This document shows positions 1-8,378 of a stretch of DNA of 64,000 nt, in pieces. Source of the DNA: a virus. Lineage: Duplodnaviria > Caudoviricetes. Both the position numbers and the translations under genes were made by a program. The notes below the pieces were generated by a model that had not been told where the DNA came from, made no database searches, and worked only from the letters and a program-made list of their open reading frames with translations. The DNA is taken from IMG/VR virus record IMGVR_UViG_3300026088_000016, positions 1 through 64,000 of that record; one strand, 5' to 3'. How positions within the stretch are numbered: the stretch's first letter is position 1; each line of letters starts with the position of its first letter.

Positions 1-210
1 ATTCCAGATGCTCTCCAGCTTATACCCGAGCCGCTGGGCAGCGAGCCCGAGAGTGCTGGTCCGGACTCCCTTGACCGGGCGCGTTGACTTCCGAATGTCT
101 TTGATGACCCGGACAATCTCCGACGTGGGCCGGCCAGTGACTGCCGAGAGAGCCGCGGGGCCACACCAAAGCGTCGTCTTCAAGTCGTGCTTGATTGGAT
201 GCAAACTCAT
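1..210 (-). CDS. Partial CDS running off the left edge; possible papain/C39-like peptidase fold
   Basis: ATG at 210 overlaps the TGA of the upstream ORF (ATGA). Translates MSLHPIKHDLKTTLWCGPAALSAVTG...; WCGPAAL resembles a Cys-peptidase nucleophile motif. Not in the supplied ORF track. Confidence 0.5.
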   Translation of the reverse strand, partial: MSLHPIKHDLKTTLWCGPAALSAVTGRPTSEIVRVIKDIRKSTRPVKGVRTSTLGLAAQRLGYKLESIWN

Positions 211-458
211 ATTTTCCCTCCCGGGCGGGAAGCCTTCACGAAGTTTGATTCCGTCACCACGCCGGGAGTTCCAAACCTCCCGCCCATGTTCAACACCCAA
301 CCCGCCGGACCTCGCATAACCGCGCGTCCCGTCTTCTCCTTCCACTCCTGACCGTTACGACCGATTCCGTTTGGAATTAGAATCGTCACCCGGTCCCCGG
401 CTCGAAGGGATTCAACAATCTGCGGCCAACTCTGAAGCGTAACATCTTTTTTATTCAT
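207..458 (-). CDS. Hypothetical protein (83 aa)
   Basis: ATG lies just downstream of a consensus promoter; coupled to the next gene. Confidence 0.7.
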   Translation of the reverse strand: MNKKDVTLQSWPQIVESLRAGDRVTILIPNGIGRNGQEWKEKTGRAVMRGPAGWVLNMGGRFGTPGVVTESNFVKASRPGGKI

Positions 459-463
459 GGCTG

Positions 464-492
464 AATGTAGTCCAGCACTGCGCGCCCGTCAA
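464..492 (-). promoter_or_regulatory. Sigma70-type promoter TTGACG-N17-TACATT
   Basis: Near-consensus hexamers with a 17-nt spacer, immediately upstream of ATG 458. Confidence 0.7.
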
Positions 493-498
493 TACGAT

Positions 499-795
499 TC
501 AGCGCTTAGGGGATTTACTGACAGGGTTAATCCACGGCGTCCCCCACCAGCGGCGAACCCGGAACAGCGCGCACTTGTGGAAGCTGGGGACCGGCACGCG
601 GTAAACGTAGAGACCGCGGACCAGCACCAAGTCATAGGGGCCTTCGATGTCGGCCCACGTCTTCATGCCGTCCGTGGAAATCTCCAGCACGTCCCGGCAT
701 TCGTAGTGCGGGTCCCAGAGAACCGACAGACCCCCGGGCCGGACGTTGCCGGCGTGGATTGCACCCGCGAGAAAAAGCAGTAGCGCGAGTTTCAA
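499..795 (-). CDS. Hypothetical secreted/membrane protein
   Basis: Probable TTG start at 795 overlapping the upstream TGA; N-terminus MKLALLLFLAGAIHA looks like a signal peptide. Confidence 0.6.
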   Translation of the reverse strand: MKLALLLFLAGAIHAGNVRPGGLSVLWDPHYECRDVLEISTDGMKTWADIEGPYDLVLVRGLYVYRVPVPSFHKCALFRVRRWWGTPWINPVSKSPKR

Positions 796-1040
796 ATTGG
801 CAGCTCCGTTTCTGTCTTGGTGATGATGGTGGTCTGCTCGTGAAGCGTGAGCCGGAACTCCAAGTGCAGGTTGCGCTCCTTGTGCTGCTTCACAATCTGG
901 ATTGCCTCGTCGGCGGAGTAACCAGAGACCCCGGCGAACGGTTTGAAGGGGCCCGACTCGCCTTTCACCCGCGACGTCATCACGAATGAAGTAGCGCGAC
1001 AGATGAACGGGCCCCCTTCGTTGTTGGTGTTGGTGTTCAC
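792..1040 (-). CDS. Hypothetical protein
   Basis: GTG start overlaps the TGA of 1037..1396 (GTGA). Confidence 0.6.
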   Translation of the reverse strand: MNTNTNNEGGPFICRATSFVMTSRVKGESGPFKPFAGVSGYSADEAIQIVKQHKERNLHLEFRLTLHEQTTIITKTETELPI

Positions 1041-1396
1041 AGGCCAAGCACCTCCCGGGCGGCGTCGTCCCACTTCGCCGGCCCATGACCCCGGGTTCGC
1101 ATGTCGAGCATCCACAGAACCAGCCGGCGAAGCTCGATGTTCTCCGACTTGAGTTTCATCGCGGGAGTCTCGACGAATTTTTTCTGGGGCGGTTGCAGGG
1201 AAAAAACCTTGGCCCGGATGAGTCCCTCGAACCGGTTGCGCTTGGTCCGGAAATTCGTGAGGTGCCGCGGCTGGTCACTGGAGGTGTATCGGATGAACCT
1301 CGGGTCAACCCCGATGATGGTCATCCGCGTCGGCAGTTGTGGGCCGTTGTCTTCGAGATAGACTTGGCCAACTTCGAGTGTGAGGTGGTTTTTCAT
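1037..1396 (-). CDS. Hypothetical protein (119 aa)
   Basis: ORF track; fits the coupled array. Confidence 0.7.
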   Translation of the reverse strand: MKNHLTLEVGQVYLEDNGPQLPTRMTIIGVDPRFIRYTSSDQPRHLTNFRTKRNRFEGLIRAKVFSLQPPQKKFVETPAMKLKSENIELRRLVLWMLDMRTRGHGPAKWDDAAREVLGL

Positions 1397-1400
1397 TTAG

Positions 1401-1598
1401 TTAGCGAGTGATGTTGGTGTCTGGAATTTTCTTGTCCGCCCGGGCTTCGTTGTAAACCTGAAGCGCTGCGCAGCAAAAGCAGTCACGGCATCCGCAGATG
1501 CGACCGATTGCCGCGTGCGGATTGTTCAGCGCATCGGCGCCCCTCTCGGCGAGCAGTTGGCGCGCTTTGGCGAGTTGATTTGAATACGTGGCTTTCAT
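1401..1598 (-). CDS. Small Cys-rich hypothetical protein
   Basis: ATG 1598 in a TGATG overlap; contains CGCRDCFCC. Confidence 0.65.
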   Translation of the reverse strand: MKATYSNQLAKARQLLAERGADALNNPHAAIGRICGCRDCFCCAALQVYNEARADKKIPDTNITR

Positions 1599-1900
1599 CA
1601 CAGCACTCCATTCACGGGGGTTTCCCGGGTGACGCCTTCGAGCTCCCACGACTTGAACGGGGCGGGTATCGGGCGGAGTGAAAAGCCCGTGTTGGACTTG
1701 CAGTTGCGGCGCATGAATCCGTAACGCGCGAGCCACGCATGAGCCTCGGCGATTGTCTCAAACTTCCGGGCATCCTCAACACGGCAGACCGTGATGGAGT
1801 GGTCCCACGTTTTGCTCTGGTCCTGCGCCCAGCGCGAGACGGGCGCGATGGCGTAGGTGTTCGGGTGAGCGGTGTCAATCTCGAATCGAATCGTAATCAT
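1598..1900 (-). CDS. Hypothetical protein (100 aa)
   Basis: Directly downstream of the promoter at 1906-1934. Confidence 0.7.
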   Translation of the reverse strand: MITIRFEIDTAHPNTYAIAPVSRWAQDQSKTWDHSITVCRVEDARKFETIAEAHAWLARYGFMRRNCKSNTGFSLRPIPAPFKSWELEGVTRETPVNGVL

Positions 1901-1905
1901 GGAAG

Positions 1906-1934
1906 AGTGTAGTTCAGGTGGTGCTCGCTGTCAA
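1906..1934 (-). promoter_or_regulatory. Sigma70-type promoter TTGACA-N17-TACACT
   Basis: Perfect -35, near-consensus -10, 17-nt spacer. Confidence 0.75.
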
Positions 1935-2236
1935 TACAGGTCAGCGACAGCTTTTGGCGCGCGGATTTCTGGATTGTTGGGCCACGTCGGGCTCGACTCG
2001 CATTCCGAAAAGCGAGTGTCCAAGTCTCCACTCTTCAGCACTGCGAAGCGCGTGTTGGCCAGCCATTCGGCGTCGTCTTTGAACTGGACCGGATATGGTT
2101 GCCCGTCCTTCCACGTTCCAACGCGCGCCCAGTCAGGCGTATGCTGCCCGGTGTAGCGGTGAACGAATGCCACGAGGACGTGGCGCTTGTCGTAGTCGCT
2201 CAGGTCAGAGCCGAGCTTGGTCCACTTTGCAATCAC
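1931..2236 (-). CDS. Hypothetical protein (101 aa)
   Basis: ORF track; start overlaps the upstream stop. Confidence 0.7.
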   Translation of the reverse strand: MIAKWTKLGSDLSDYDKRHVLVAFVHRYTGQHTPDWARVGTWKDGQPYPVQFKDDAEWLANTRFAVLKSGDLDTRFSECESSPTWPNNPEIRAPKAVADLY

Positions 2237-2553
2237 GACACCACCTCCGCTTTGATGAACATGATGTGAGCGGTCGCCGGCCGGCCGCAGAAGACGCCAG
2301 TGCGAACCAGCACGTCGCCGGGCGTGAGCTCCAGTGTCTGGTTCTCAAACTTCGGGAAGCCCGGGCTGCGTCCAACCGCGTGTGAGGCGCCATCACGAAA
2401 AAGAGTGTAGTAAGAACGCGAGCCTCCGTCCCAATACGAGTTGACAGAAGCAGCGTGGGGCTTCGCGTCGAGTGCGACGGAGACGGTTTTCTTCCGGTAG
2501 TCACCGGGCAGGTATTGCTTGAAGGCAGAGGCTGGACGAGTTTCAGAGTGCAT
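2233..2553 (-). CDS. Hypothetical protein (106 aa)
   Basis: ORF track; contains NSYWDGGSRSYY. Confidence 0.7.
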   Translation of the reverse strand: MHSETRPASAFKQYLPGDYRKKTVSVALDAKPHAASVNSYWDGGSRSYYTLFRDGASHAVGRSPGFPKFENQTLELTPGDVLVRTGVFCGRPATAHIMFIKAEVVS

Positions 2554-2564
2554 AAGTGGTTGGG

Positions 2565-2834
2565 TTAGAGTATGTAAGAGGTGAGTTCATACCGGCCAGA
2601 ATCCATCCGGTAAAGTGAAAGGTGCAGCGCCTTGTTGGTGCATTTGCCACGGAGCGAGATAATCTCAATCGTCTCACGCGCAGTGCAGCCGGAGTAAATG
2701 CAGTAGTTGAAGTCAAAACGAGCGCGCCAATTCTGGTCAAGCTCGGCCTTGGCATTGAATGCGAAGTGCTCCACCGCGTCGAGCGCGCCGGCCAGCGTGT
2801 TGAAATAAACGTCGGAGTTGAGTTCAGAAATCAT
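2565..2834 (-). CDS. Hypothetical protein
   Basis: Probable ATG 2834 (MISELNSD...); C-terminal YRMDSGRYELTSY. Confidence 0.65.
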   Translation of the reverse strand: MISELNSDVYFNTLAGALDAVEHFAFNAKAELDQNWRARFDFNYCIYSGCTARETIEIISLRGKCTNKALHLSLYRMDSGRYELTSYIL

Positions 2835-2838
2835 GGGA

Positions 2839-3084
2839 TTACAGGATGACGGATTGACCAACCTTGAGGGCGTGAACCAACGGCAGCGAGTAGGGGCCAA
2901 GCGTGAGCTTGAGCAGTCCGCCCGTGCGGATGAGCCCGCGCTCCTCATGGGACTTCAGGACGTTGTCCTCCAGCACCATGAACGAGTCAATCTGGAGGGA
3001 GCCATCGGACATGACAACGTCGGTGGTGACAGCGAAACGGTTCTCGGACACCCGGGCGATGGTGAAGGTCGGTCGTTTATTCAT
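2839..3084 (-). CDS. Hypothetical protein (81 aa)
   Basis: Downstream of the promoter at 3091-3118. Confidence 0.65.
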   Translation of the reverse strand: MNKRPTFTIARVSENRFAVTTDVVMSDGSLQIDSFMVLEDNVLKSHEERGLIRTGGLLKLTLGPYSLPLVHALKVGQSVIL

Positions 3085-3090
3085 GGTGGT

Positions 3091-3118
3091 AAGGTATCAC
3101 GGCCTCGCCGGCCGTCAA
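3091..3118 (-). promoter_or_regulatory. Sigma70-type promoter TTGACG-N16-TACCTT with extended TG
   Basis: Hexamers visible on the minus strand upstream of ATG 3084. Confidence 0.6.
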
Positions 3119-3124
3119 TACGGT

Positions 3125-3319
3125 TCAGAGCTTAGGGGTTTCCCCGGTCACCAGATTCGTTTTTGGGTTGCACTGATGCAGGCTGAAGGAACCGTCCCGG
3201 TAGTCGCACACCTTCTGTGCGCCGTTGGCCTTCAAGACAACCGTGTAAACATTGACCGGACAACGTGGGCATTTATGCACCCGATACTGGCGGAGGTTTG
3301 AAAAGTTGTAGAAGGTCAT
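3125..3319 (-). CDS. Small hypothetical protein, possible Zn-ribbon
   Basis: CPRC...C...HQC pattern. Confidence 0.55.
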   Translation of the reverse strand: MTFYNFSNLRQYRVHKCPRCPVNVYTVVLKANGAQKVCDYRDGSFSLHQCNPKTNLVTGETPKL

Positions 3320-3324
3320 GGCGG

Positions 3325-3579
3325 TTAGCTGTTGAAGTTCTCGGCAAAGAGCGAGTGCGTGAGAAACTTGGGCGCGCTGAACATCCGGCAGCTAAGGGCC
3401 ACCCGGTCCAGCTCCAGCGCGTTGCCGGCGCTGATGAGCGCGCCGGCCGTGTTGAAGTGGACCCCGAGGTAAATGGAGATGGTGGTCTGGCCTTCGCCAT
3501 CCACGACATTGAGCTGGCGGGCGCGAAGGCAGAGTTCTTTCCCGTGCTTCCGAATCGTCCGAAGTTGTGCGGTTGTCAT
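3325..3579 (-). CDS. Hypothetical protein (84 aa)
   Basis: Downstream of the promoter at 3586-3613. Confidence 0.65.
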   Translation of the reverse strand: MTTAQLRTIRKHGKELCLRARQLNVVDGEGQTTISIYLGVHFNTAGALISAGNALELDRVALSCRMFSAPKFLTHSLFAENFNS

Positions 3580-3585
3580 GGTGAG

Positions 3586-3613
3586 AAAGTATCACCACCT
3601 CGGGCGCCGTCAA
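3586..3613 (-). promoter_or_regulatory. Sigma70-type promoter TTGACG-N16-TACTTT with extended TG
   Basis: Same architecture as the promoter at 3091-3118. Confidence 0.6.
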
Positions 3614-3659
3614 GCGGGCCAGCGAGAAAAACTTACTGTCCGCGGGCTAGGGGATTCAC

Positions 3660-3920
3660 CTATCCACCGATGTCAGAGGCCGAGCACCCGATGTTCTTTG
3701 TGAAGCTCACGTCGCCTTGCCAGTCAATCTGATTGAATGGAACGGCCGGCGGTGGTCGAACCATCGCGAGATATTTTTTCATCAGCCGGCGCTTGTGGCG
3801 AAGCCAGCGCTTGCGTGACCAGTTGCGACGCAGACCGCGCGGGACTGCGAAGCAGTATGAGACCCGATACGGCGCTGAGACCCACGCCGGATTTACTTTG
3901 TGCTCGTCACTCATGGTCAA
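3660..3920 (-). CDS. Hypothetical basic protein
   Basis: ORF track; start is TTG 3920 or ATG 3914. Confidence 0.55.
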   Translation of the reverse strand: MTMSDEHKVNPAWVSAPYRVSYCFAVPRGLRRNWSRKRWLRHKRRLMKKYLAMVRPPPAVPFNQIDWQGDVSFTKNIGCSASDIGG

Positions 3921-4225
3921 TCAAATTGGTCAGTGACCCGACCATACACTGCGTAGAACGCAGCCTTGAGACACGCGCGCCGCGCAGCGGGTGTGCCGGG
4001 CATACCGCGTGCGAATCCGTGTTGGCTCAGAATTTTGTCGAGCGGGTCGCACTGGCAAACCATCTCGGCCATCCGCTCCTTGACCTTCGCGGCGTCGTAG
4101 TTGACTGACGCCAGCTCCCACTCAGCGCGAGTGCGCTTGGTTTCTGTCTGCGCAGTGCGATAGCTGAGTGACGCGCAGATTGCGTCAACAGATTCGCCGC
4201 TCAGGTTGTCGGGTGTCTTGCTCAT
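3917..4225 (-). CDS. Hypothetical coiled-coil protein
   Basis: ATG 4225 overlaps the upstream stop. Confidence 0.65.
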   Translation of the reverse strand: MSKTPDNLSGESVDAICASLSYRTAQTETKRTRAEWELASVNYDAAKVKERMAEMVCQCDPLDKILSQHGFARGMPGTPAARRACLKAAFYAVYGRVTDQFD

Positions 4226-4518
4226 ATTTTTCGGGGTTTGAAAAATTCCACGTTGGTCTCCCACACGCCGGGCGCTTTCTCGAACCGACCGACGTAAGCG
4301 GCCCACTCGTCGAACAGCACCACCTCCGCGCGACCGGCTTGGTCTTGCAGGTGCAACGCGAGACGATGCTTCACGTTCTCGATACTCGTGAGATGGTCCG
4401 CGTAATCCTTCTCAGCCTTTTTCATCCGCTCGTGGACCGCTTTGGTTTCCTGACGAAGTTCCAGCAGCAATTTGACAGAGTGGACCAGCCCGTATTCGTT
4501 TAGGGAGTTGTTACTCAT
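4222..4518 (-). CDS. Hypothetical coiled-coil protein
   Basis: ATG 4518 (MSNNSLNEY...). Confidence 0.65.
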   Translation of the reverse strand: MSNNSLNEYGLVHSVKLLLELRQETKAVHERMKKAEKDYADHLTSIENVKHRLALHLQDQAGRAEVVLFDEWAAYVGRFEKAPGVWETNVEFFKPRKI

Positions 4519-4786
4519 GGGCGATGGTGAAGGAAAAAGGTTCAACGGGCCGGCTGGTATCAAAGCGGTCGATGAAGGCCGACGCAGCCGGAGGCGTGTC
4601 AACGATTCCAAATGGAAGTCCAAGCATCTCGGAGTTGGAAGAACAGTTGGGCCCGAAGACATCTTTCAGCGCGCGCGTCACTGCGCATTGGCGCGATGGG
4701 AGATAGTTTCCGTTTTTAGAATCGCGAAGCTTCATCGCCTTGTCGATGTGTTGTTGTGTGACGTGGATGATGGTCAGTTTTTTCAT
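4511..4786 (-). CDS. Hypothetical protein
   Basis: ATG 4786 (MKKLTIIHVTQQHID...) overlaps the upstream stop. Confidence 0.65.
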   Translation of the reverse strand: MKKLTIIHVTQQHIDKAMKLRDSKNGNYLPSRQCAVTRALKDVFGPNCSSNSEMLGLPFGIVDTPPAASAFIDRFDTSRPVEPFSFTIAHE

Positions 4787-5169
4787 AGAGTGTCTTTGTA
4801 AGTCCAGACCCAGAACGCGGAACAGTTCACGCAGTAGCGACAGCCGCATTGCTCACCGAGTTTCGCCGCGAGGCGAAGACGTTCTTCAAAGGGCGCCTTC
4901 TCTTCAGCCGGGCTGGTGAGTGGCAGGATGTATTGCTCCACGTCACCAGTGACGTGGCCCTCACGAAGTTTTTCAATCCTCTGGTCTGCGTCTGCGCCCA
5001 TCACGCGAAGCTCGTTCGAGAACTTCTGGAGCGCGAAGTTCATGCGCCCTGCGACGGAGCGCGGTCCCTTAGCATACTTGGGATTGCAGCGCGTCATAAA
5101 TTCCAACGCTCGAAGGAAGATGTCGCGCAGGTCAGATGCGATGAGCTCGGCTTGGTTGTAGAGTTTCAT
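4783..5169 (-). CDS. Hypothetical protein (128 aa) with C-terminal CGCRYCVNC motif
   Basis: ORF track; coupled. Confidence 0.7.
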   Translation of the reverse strand: MKLYNQAELIASDLRDIFLRALEFMTRCNPKYAKGPRSVAGRMNFALQKFSNELRVMGADADQRIEKLREGHVTGDVEQYILPLTSPAEEKAPFEERLRLAAKLGEQCGCRYCVNCSAFWVWTYKDTL

Positions 5170-5714
5170 TGCTTGTGGGTGTCGAAGGTTTCGCGCGTGG
5201 TCTTCAACAGGTGAGAGAGCTTGGCCGACAACTCCGCACTGAACTTGAGATTTGGCACGCGCTGCCCGAGTCTCAGTATGGTGAGCCGAAAAACAGTGCG
5301 CTCTGCGTCCAGCTTCTGCGCGCGTCGAATATCGAGCTCGGCTGCGCGCTCACGTTTTTCACGTCGCAGGGTTTCGAGCTCCTGCCCGGTCTCTTCAGCC
5401 AAGCAGGCGAGCTGGCTGAACTTCCGATGGAGCGCATCCCAGAACTCGTGGTAGGCCGCACGCTTGTCTGCGTCACTGTTCCCATCGCGCGAGATGTCAA
5501 TGGAGTCGAATCCGTCTGGGAAATTCGGCCGCGCGTTGTCATCTGTGAAGGCGTCAAGCTTCGACAGCGCAACGTCGTAACGATACGCCGCCTCTTCCGC
5601 GGTGTCACAGAACGCGCGCAGCGTATGGTAGGTTCCGTTCAGACGGATTTGAAGATACCATCCGGTGTTGTCATTGCGGAGCGTGATGCCGTGGTAATCA
5701 TGGTTCGTTTTCAT
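5166..5714 (-). CDS. AP2/ERF-like DNA-binding domain protein with C-terminal coiled coil
   Basis: YHGITLRNDNTGWYLQIRLNGTYHTLRAFCDTAEEAAYRYD fits the AP2 pattern Y.G.....G.W...I.........F.TAEEAA..YD. Confidence 0.7.
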   Translation of the reverse strand: MKTNHDYHGITLRNDNTGWYLQIRLNGTYHTLRAFCDTAEEAAYRYDVALSKLDAFTDDNARPNFPDGFDSIDISRDGNSDADKRAAYHEFWDALHRKFSQLACLAEETGQELETLRREKRERAAELDIRRAQKLDAERTVFRLTILRLGQRVPNLKFSAELSAKLSHLLKTTRETFDTHKQ

Positions 5715-5941
5715 GTAGGAGTATAAGTCATGGAAGACTAGAATGTCCACCGATAGGCGGAGCCCAATAACACGACGGCTGTTTAAGACTGGGAACATCC
5801 ATTTTCAATTACGTAATATACAATCTAAAATTTTAGAAAGAATAGATACAGAGGTATGTCTAGGCTTTCAAACAGCCTCGGCGTTGGTGCGCGCCAGTTC
5901 CGCGGTTGACATCCGGCGCCCAATCGCCTTCTTTTTCTGTA

Positions 5942-6121
5942 ATGCCCGACGACAAGACTCTACGACGAACCGACGCCAAGGCGTCACGATGCAACGACGC
6001 TACGCTGTCACGACTTCACGCTGACTCGCCTGTTGCACTGGCGCTGCACAAGGAAGGCCGCAAGCTGGCGCGTGAGAAGCGGCGCCGTGAATGGTATGAG
6101 AAGCATGGAGGTGGTAAGTGA
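5942..6121 (+). CDS. Small basic hypothetical protein
   Basis: ATG 5942 follows TTGACA at 5906; stop overlaps the next start. Confidence 0.5.
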   Translation: MPDDKTLRRTDAKASRCNDATLSRLHADSPVALALHKEGRKLAREKRRREWYEKHGGGK

Positions 6122-6789
6122 ATGACGACCTGAAGTTTGCAGAGCAGAAGCAGCGCGCTGACGTTGCTCAAATCTTCATGGTCTTCATGGCCACTGTCGG
6201 TGACGTGGAGAAGACAGCGCTTGCGCTTGAGCTTGACCCGGCGTTCGTTCAGTGGCTGGCCACGCAAGAGGGCTGGTCTGACAAGGTTAGGCGCATGTCG
6301 GTCATGTCGAAGACCGGCAAGCCCGGCGACTTCGAGCGCGCACAGAACCGCGCGTTGAACTACGTTCAGACCCATCGCGTCCGGATGCTGATTGACCGCG
6401 TGCTCGGTGAGCTGGCCGGCATGAACTCCGAAGAGTTGACTGAGCGCTTGCGTTCCCGAGACCGTGAAGGCATACCCGCGAATCTCTCTGCACGTTTTTT
6501 CGCTGACATCATGTCTGCCTTGGACAAAGTTCACATGCTATCATACTACGCGCTAGGCGATTCCGTTGGTGAGCGCGTCGAGCGTAGCAAGGATGCCGCG
6601 GACCAATCGGTGAACAACATCCACGCAGCGCTCATTCAAGCGCTGAACAATCCAGCACTGTCCACTTCCTCGACACAAGACATTGTGCTCGAAGCATCTG
6701 AGGCAGTTGTTGCCCAGTTGTCTGAGCGAAAATCTGGAGAAGAAGTGGTCGAGGATAAGATGCTTGGCCCAAAACCTGCTGATGCGTGA
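6118..6789 (+). CDS. Helical HTH-like protein, candidate terminase small subunit
   Basis: 223 aa; N-terminal HTH-like segment ending in EGW; first large gene of the + block. Function is inferred. Confidence 0.4.
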   Translation: MNDDLKFAEQKQRADVAQIFMVFMATVGDVEKTALALELDPAFVQWLATQEGWSDKVRRMSVMSKTGKPGDFERAQNRALNYVQTHRVRMLIDRVLGELAGMNSEELTERLRSRDREGIPANLSARFFADIMSALDKVHMLSYYALGDSVGERVERSKDAADQSVNNIHAALIQALNNPALSTSSTQDIVLEASEAVVAQLSERKSGEEVVEDKMLGPKPADA

Positions 6790-6823
6790 AAATCACGCAT
6801 AGTGATGCGTGAAAATCACGCAT
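6781..6823. repeat. Two tandem copies of a 20-bp unit, GATGCGTGAAAATCACGCAT, containing an 8-3-8 palindrome
   Basis: Identical copies at 6781-6800 and 6804-6823 (23-bp period); each contains ATGCGTGA-AAA-TCACGCAT. Confidence 0.95.
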
Positions 6824-7300
6824 TAGTGGATAGGTCGTTGAGTATCAATGGCTTGAGTGTCTCCGTTTCTGTGGAACCTCGGACAAGATAAGCCGGCAAA
6901 GCCTGCCGACCGTAGGTTTAGCGTTAAAGCGACCCCGCGGGGGGTTTTCTCGGGGGCCGGGACTCCGCTCAGTGACCCCAGAGAAAATATGGAAAAGTTT
7001 ACCGCGAGGGCAAAATCTTCCCTGTCCTGATGAGACACAAGTGTCCAGCGTGAGACACTCACCTAACGGTGGACAGCCGGCGCTGGGTGTGCGATACTTT
7101 TTCGTTGCGCCGTGCCCGTGCTGGCCGGTAGCCCGAGGAATCCGTAAGGACCCTCTCGTGAAGAGCGATAGCAGGCGAAGTGCGGGAGAGCACAGAGACT
7201 GGAACGGTCACTGCGACCTGAGACGAACGAATGCCCAGTAAGCCGCGAGTCGGCCGAAATGCGTGATGGTCGCAAGTTCACTCCCGCGGCGGCGCAACGA

Positions 7301-7330
7301 TTGACAGACGTGTTACACTGATGCTATGAC
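7301..7330 (+). promoter_or_regulatory. Probable sigma70 promoter TTGACA-N18-TATGAC
   Basis: Upstream of the AAGGA SD and ATG 7348. Confidence 0.5.
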
Positions 7331-7347
7331 ACCGCCCTCAAAGGAAC

Positions 7348-7536
7348 ATGAAGACCAAACCTCCGCTCGGCATTGAACCGAAGTGGCTCTGGGAAGAGCG
7401 CCGAATGTGGGGGTTGATTGAAGCCGTCGCGCGATACGCCCGGGTCGGCCAGCCAATCCCGACAGACTGGCTGGAAGAGCTGGAGTATAAACTTCGCGAC
7501 CGACGAATCAGAAGCCAAGGTGGAATCACAACATGA
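7348..7536 (+). CDS. Hypothetical protein (62 aa)
   Basis: AAGGA SD; contains PPLGIEPKWLW. Confidence 0.65.
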   Translation: MKTKPPLGIEPKWLWEERRMWGLIEAVARYARVGQPIPTDWLEELEYKLRDRRIRSQGGITT

Positions 7537-7742
7537 AAAAGAAAACCCAAAAGCAACCCGTTCACACCGTCGTCATCCTCGCGGATGGCTCAGTCCTGCC
7601 AGTCCCCGGCTGTCATTACATCGGGCCGGAGACCCCCTCCGGCTGTCGTTATTTGATGACTCGCCGCGATGGAATCACCCTGATGGTGGTTCCCCGGGAC
7701 GTCGTCATACTCACCAACTGGACTCACCCCGACCACGCATGA
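7533..7742 (+). CDS. Hypothetical protein (69 aa)
   Basis: ATGA overlap with the previous gene. Confidence 0.6.
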   Translation: MKKKTQKQPVHTVVILADGSVLPVPGCHYIGPETPSGCRYLMTRRDGITLMVVPRDVVILTNWTHPDHA

Positions 7743-7809
7743 GTGTTGGAGAACTTTGCACAATGTCGTTCGTCGCGGGGATTCTCGTGGGCATGTGCAT
7801 CATGTGGAA

Positions 7810-8013
7810 ATGAGCGCCGCGGATAAGAAGCCCGTTGAGTTCCAGTATCAGACGAGCCATTACGTGGACCTATCAATCCTTCCTGACGAGAAGTTTGAGG
7901 TCCAGCTTCGCTCGGCGACGCAAATCCTGTCGAAGTGGATATTTGATACCCGGGAGAAAGCGATTCGCGAAAGCCTGATTAAGTTGGGATGGACTCCCCC
8001 GCCAAAGGTATGA
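7810..8013 (+). CDS. Hypothetical protein
   Basis: ATG 7810; ATGA overlap with the next gene. Confidence 0.6.
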   Translation: MSAADKKPVEFQYQTSHYVDLSILPDEKFEVQLRSATQILSKWIFDTREKAIRESLIKLGWTPPPKV

Positions 8014-8378
8014 GCAAACACATCCACAAGCATGACCGGAAGCTCTGGTCCTTCTGCGAGCAAGTGGTGTGGACCTACGCGAGTCTCTACGACCTGACCA
8101 TCTCCGACGTGAAGCCGGTCAAGCGAAAGAACGCGGGCAACCGGTTCGGACAGTGCAGCAAGCATGGGATAGTCCGGCTGACGCTGCGGGACTTTTCGCA
8201 CGGACACTGGGCCCGCCGGCCGGAGCTGGCGTATGAAATCGTGGATACGATTGCGCACGAACTCGCGCACCTGCGGCACCAGAAGCACGACTCTGCTTGG
8301 CTGAAACTTTACGCGAACATTCTGGCGGGGCTGTCGAGCACCAAGGTTCTCCAGAAAATAAAACGATTACGGAAATGA
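8010..8378 (+). CDS. SprT/YgjP-like zinc metallopeptidase
   Basis: FGQCS and TIAHELAHLRH (HExxH) motifs. Confidence 0.75.
   Translation: MSKHIHKHDRKLWSFCEQVVWTYASLYDLTISDVKPVKRKNAGNRFGQCSKHGIVRLTLRDFSHGHWARRPELAYEIVDTIAHELAHLRHQKHDSAWLKLYANILAGLSSTKVLQKIKRLRK

Noticed and set aside
6781-6823. CRISPR mini-array
   Set aside because: Only two 20-bp units separated by 3 nt; no spacer-length sequence and no cas operon (the Cas4-like gene sits in a replication context).
7027-7050. Hammerhead ribozyme (CTGATGA followed by the GACAC/GTGTC stem)
   Set aside because: The required GAAA after stem II is absent (CAGC follows); stems I and III could not be built.
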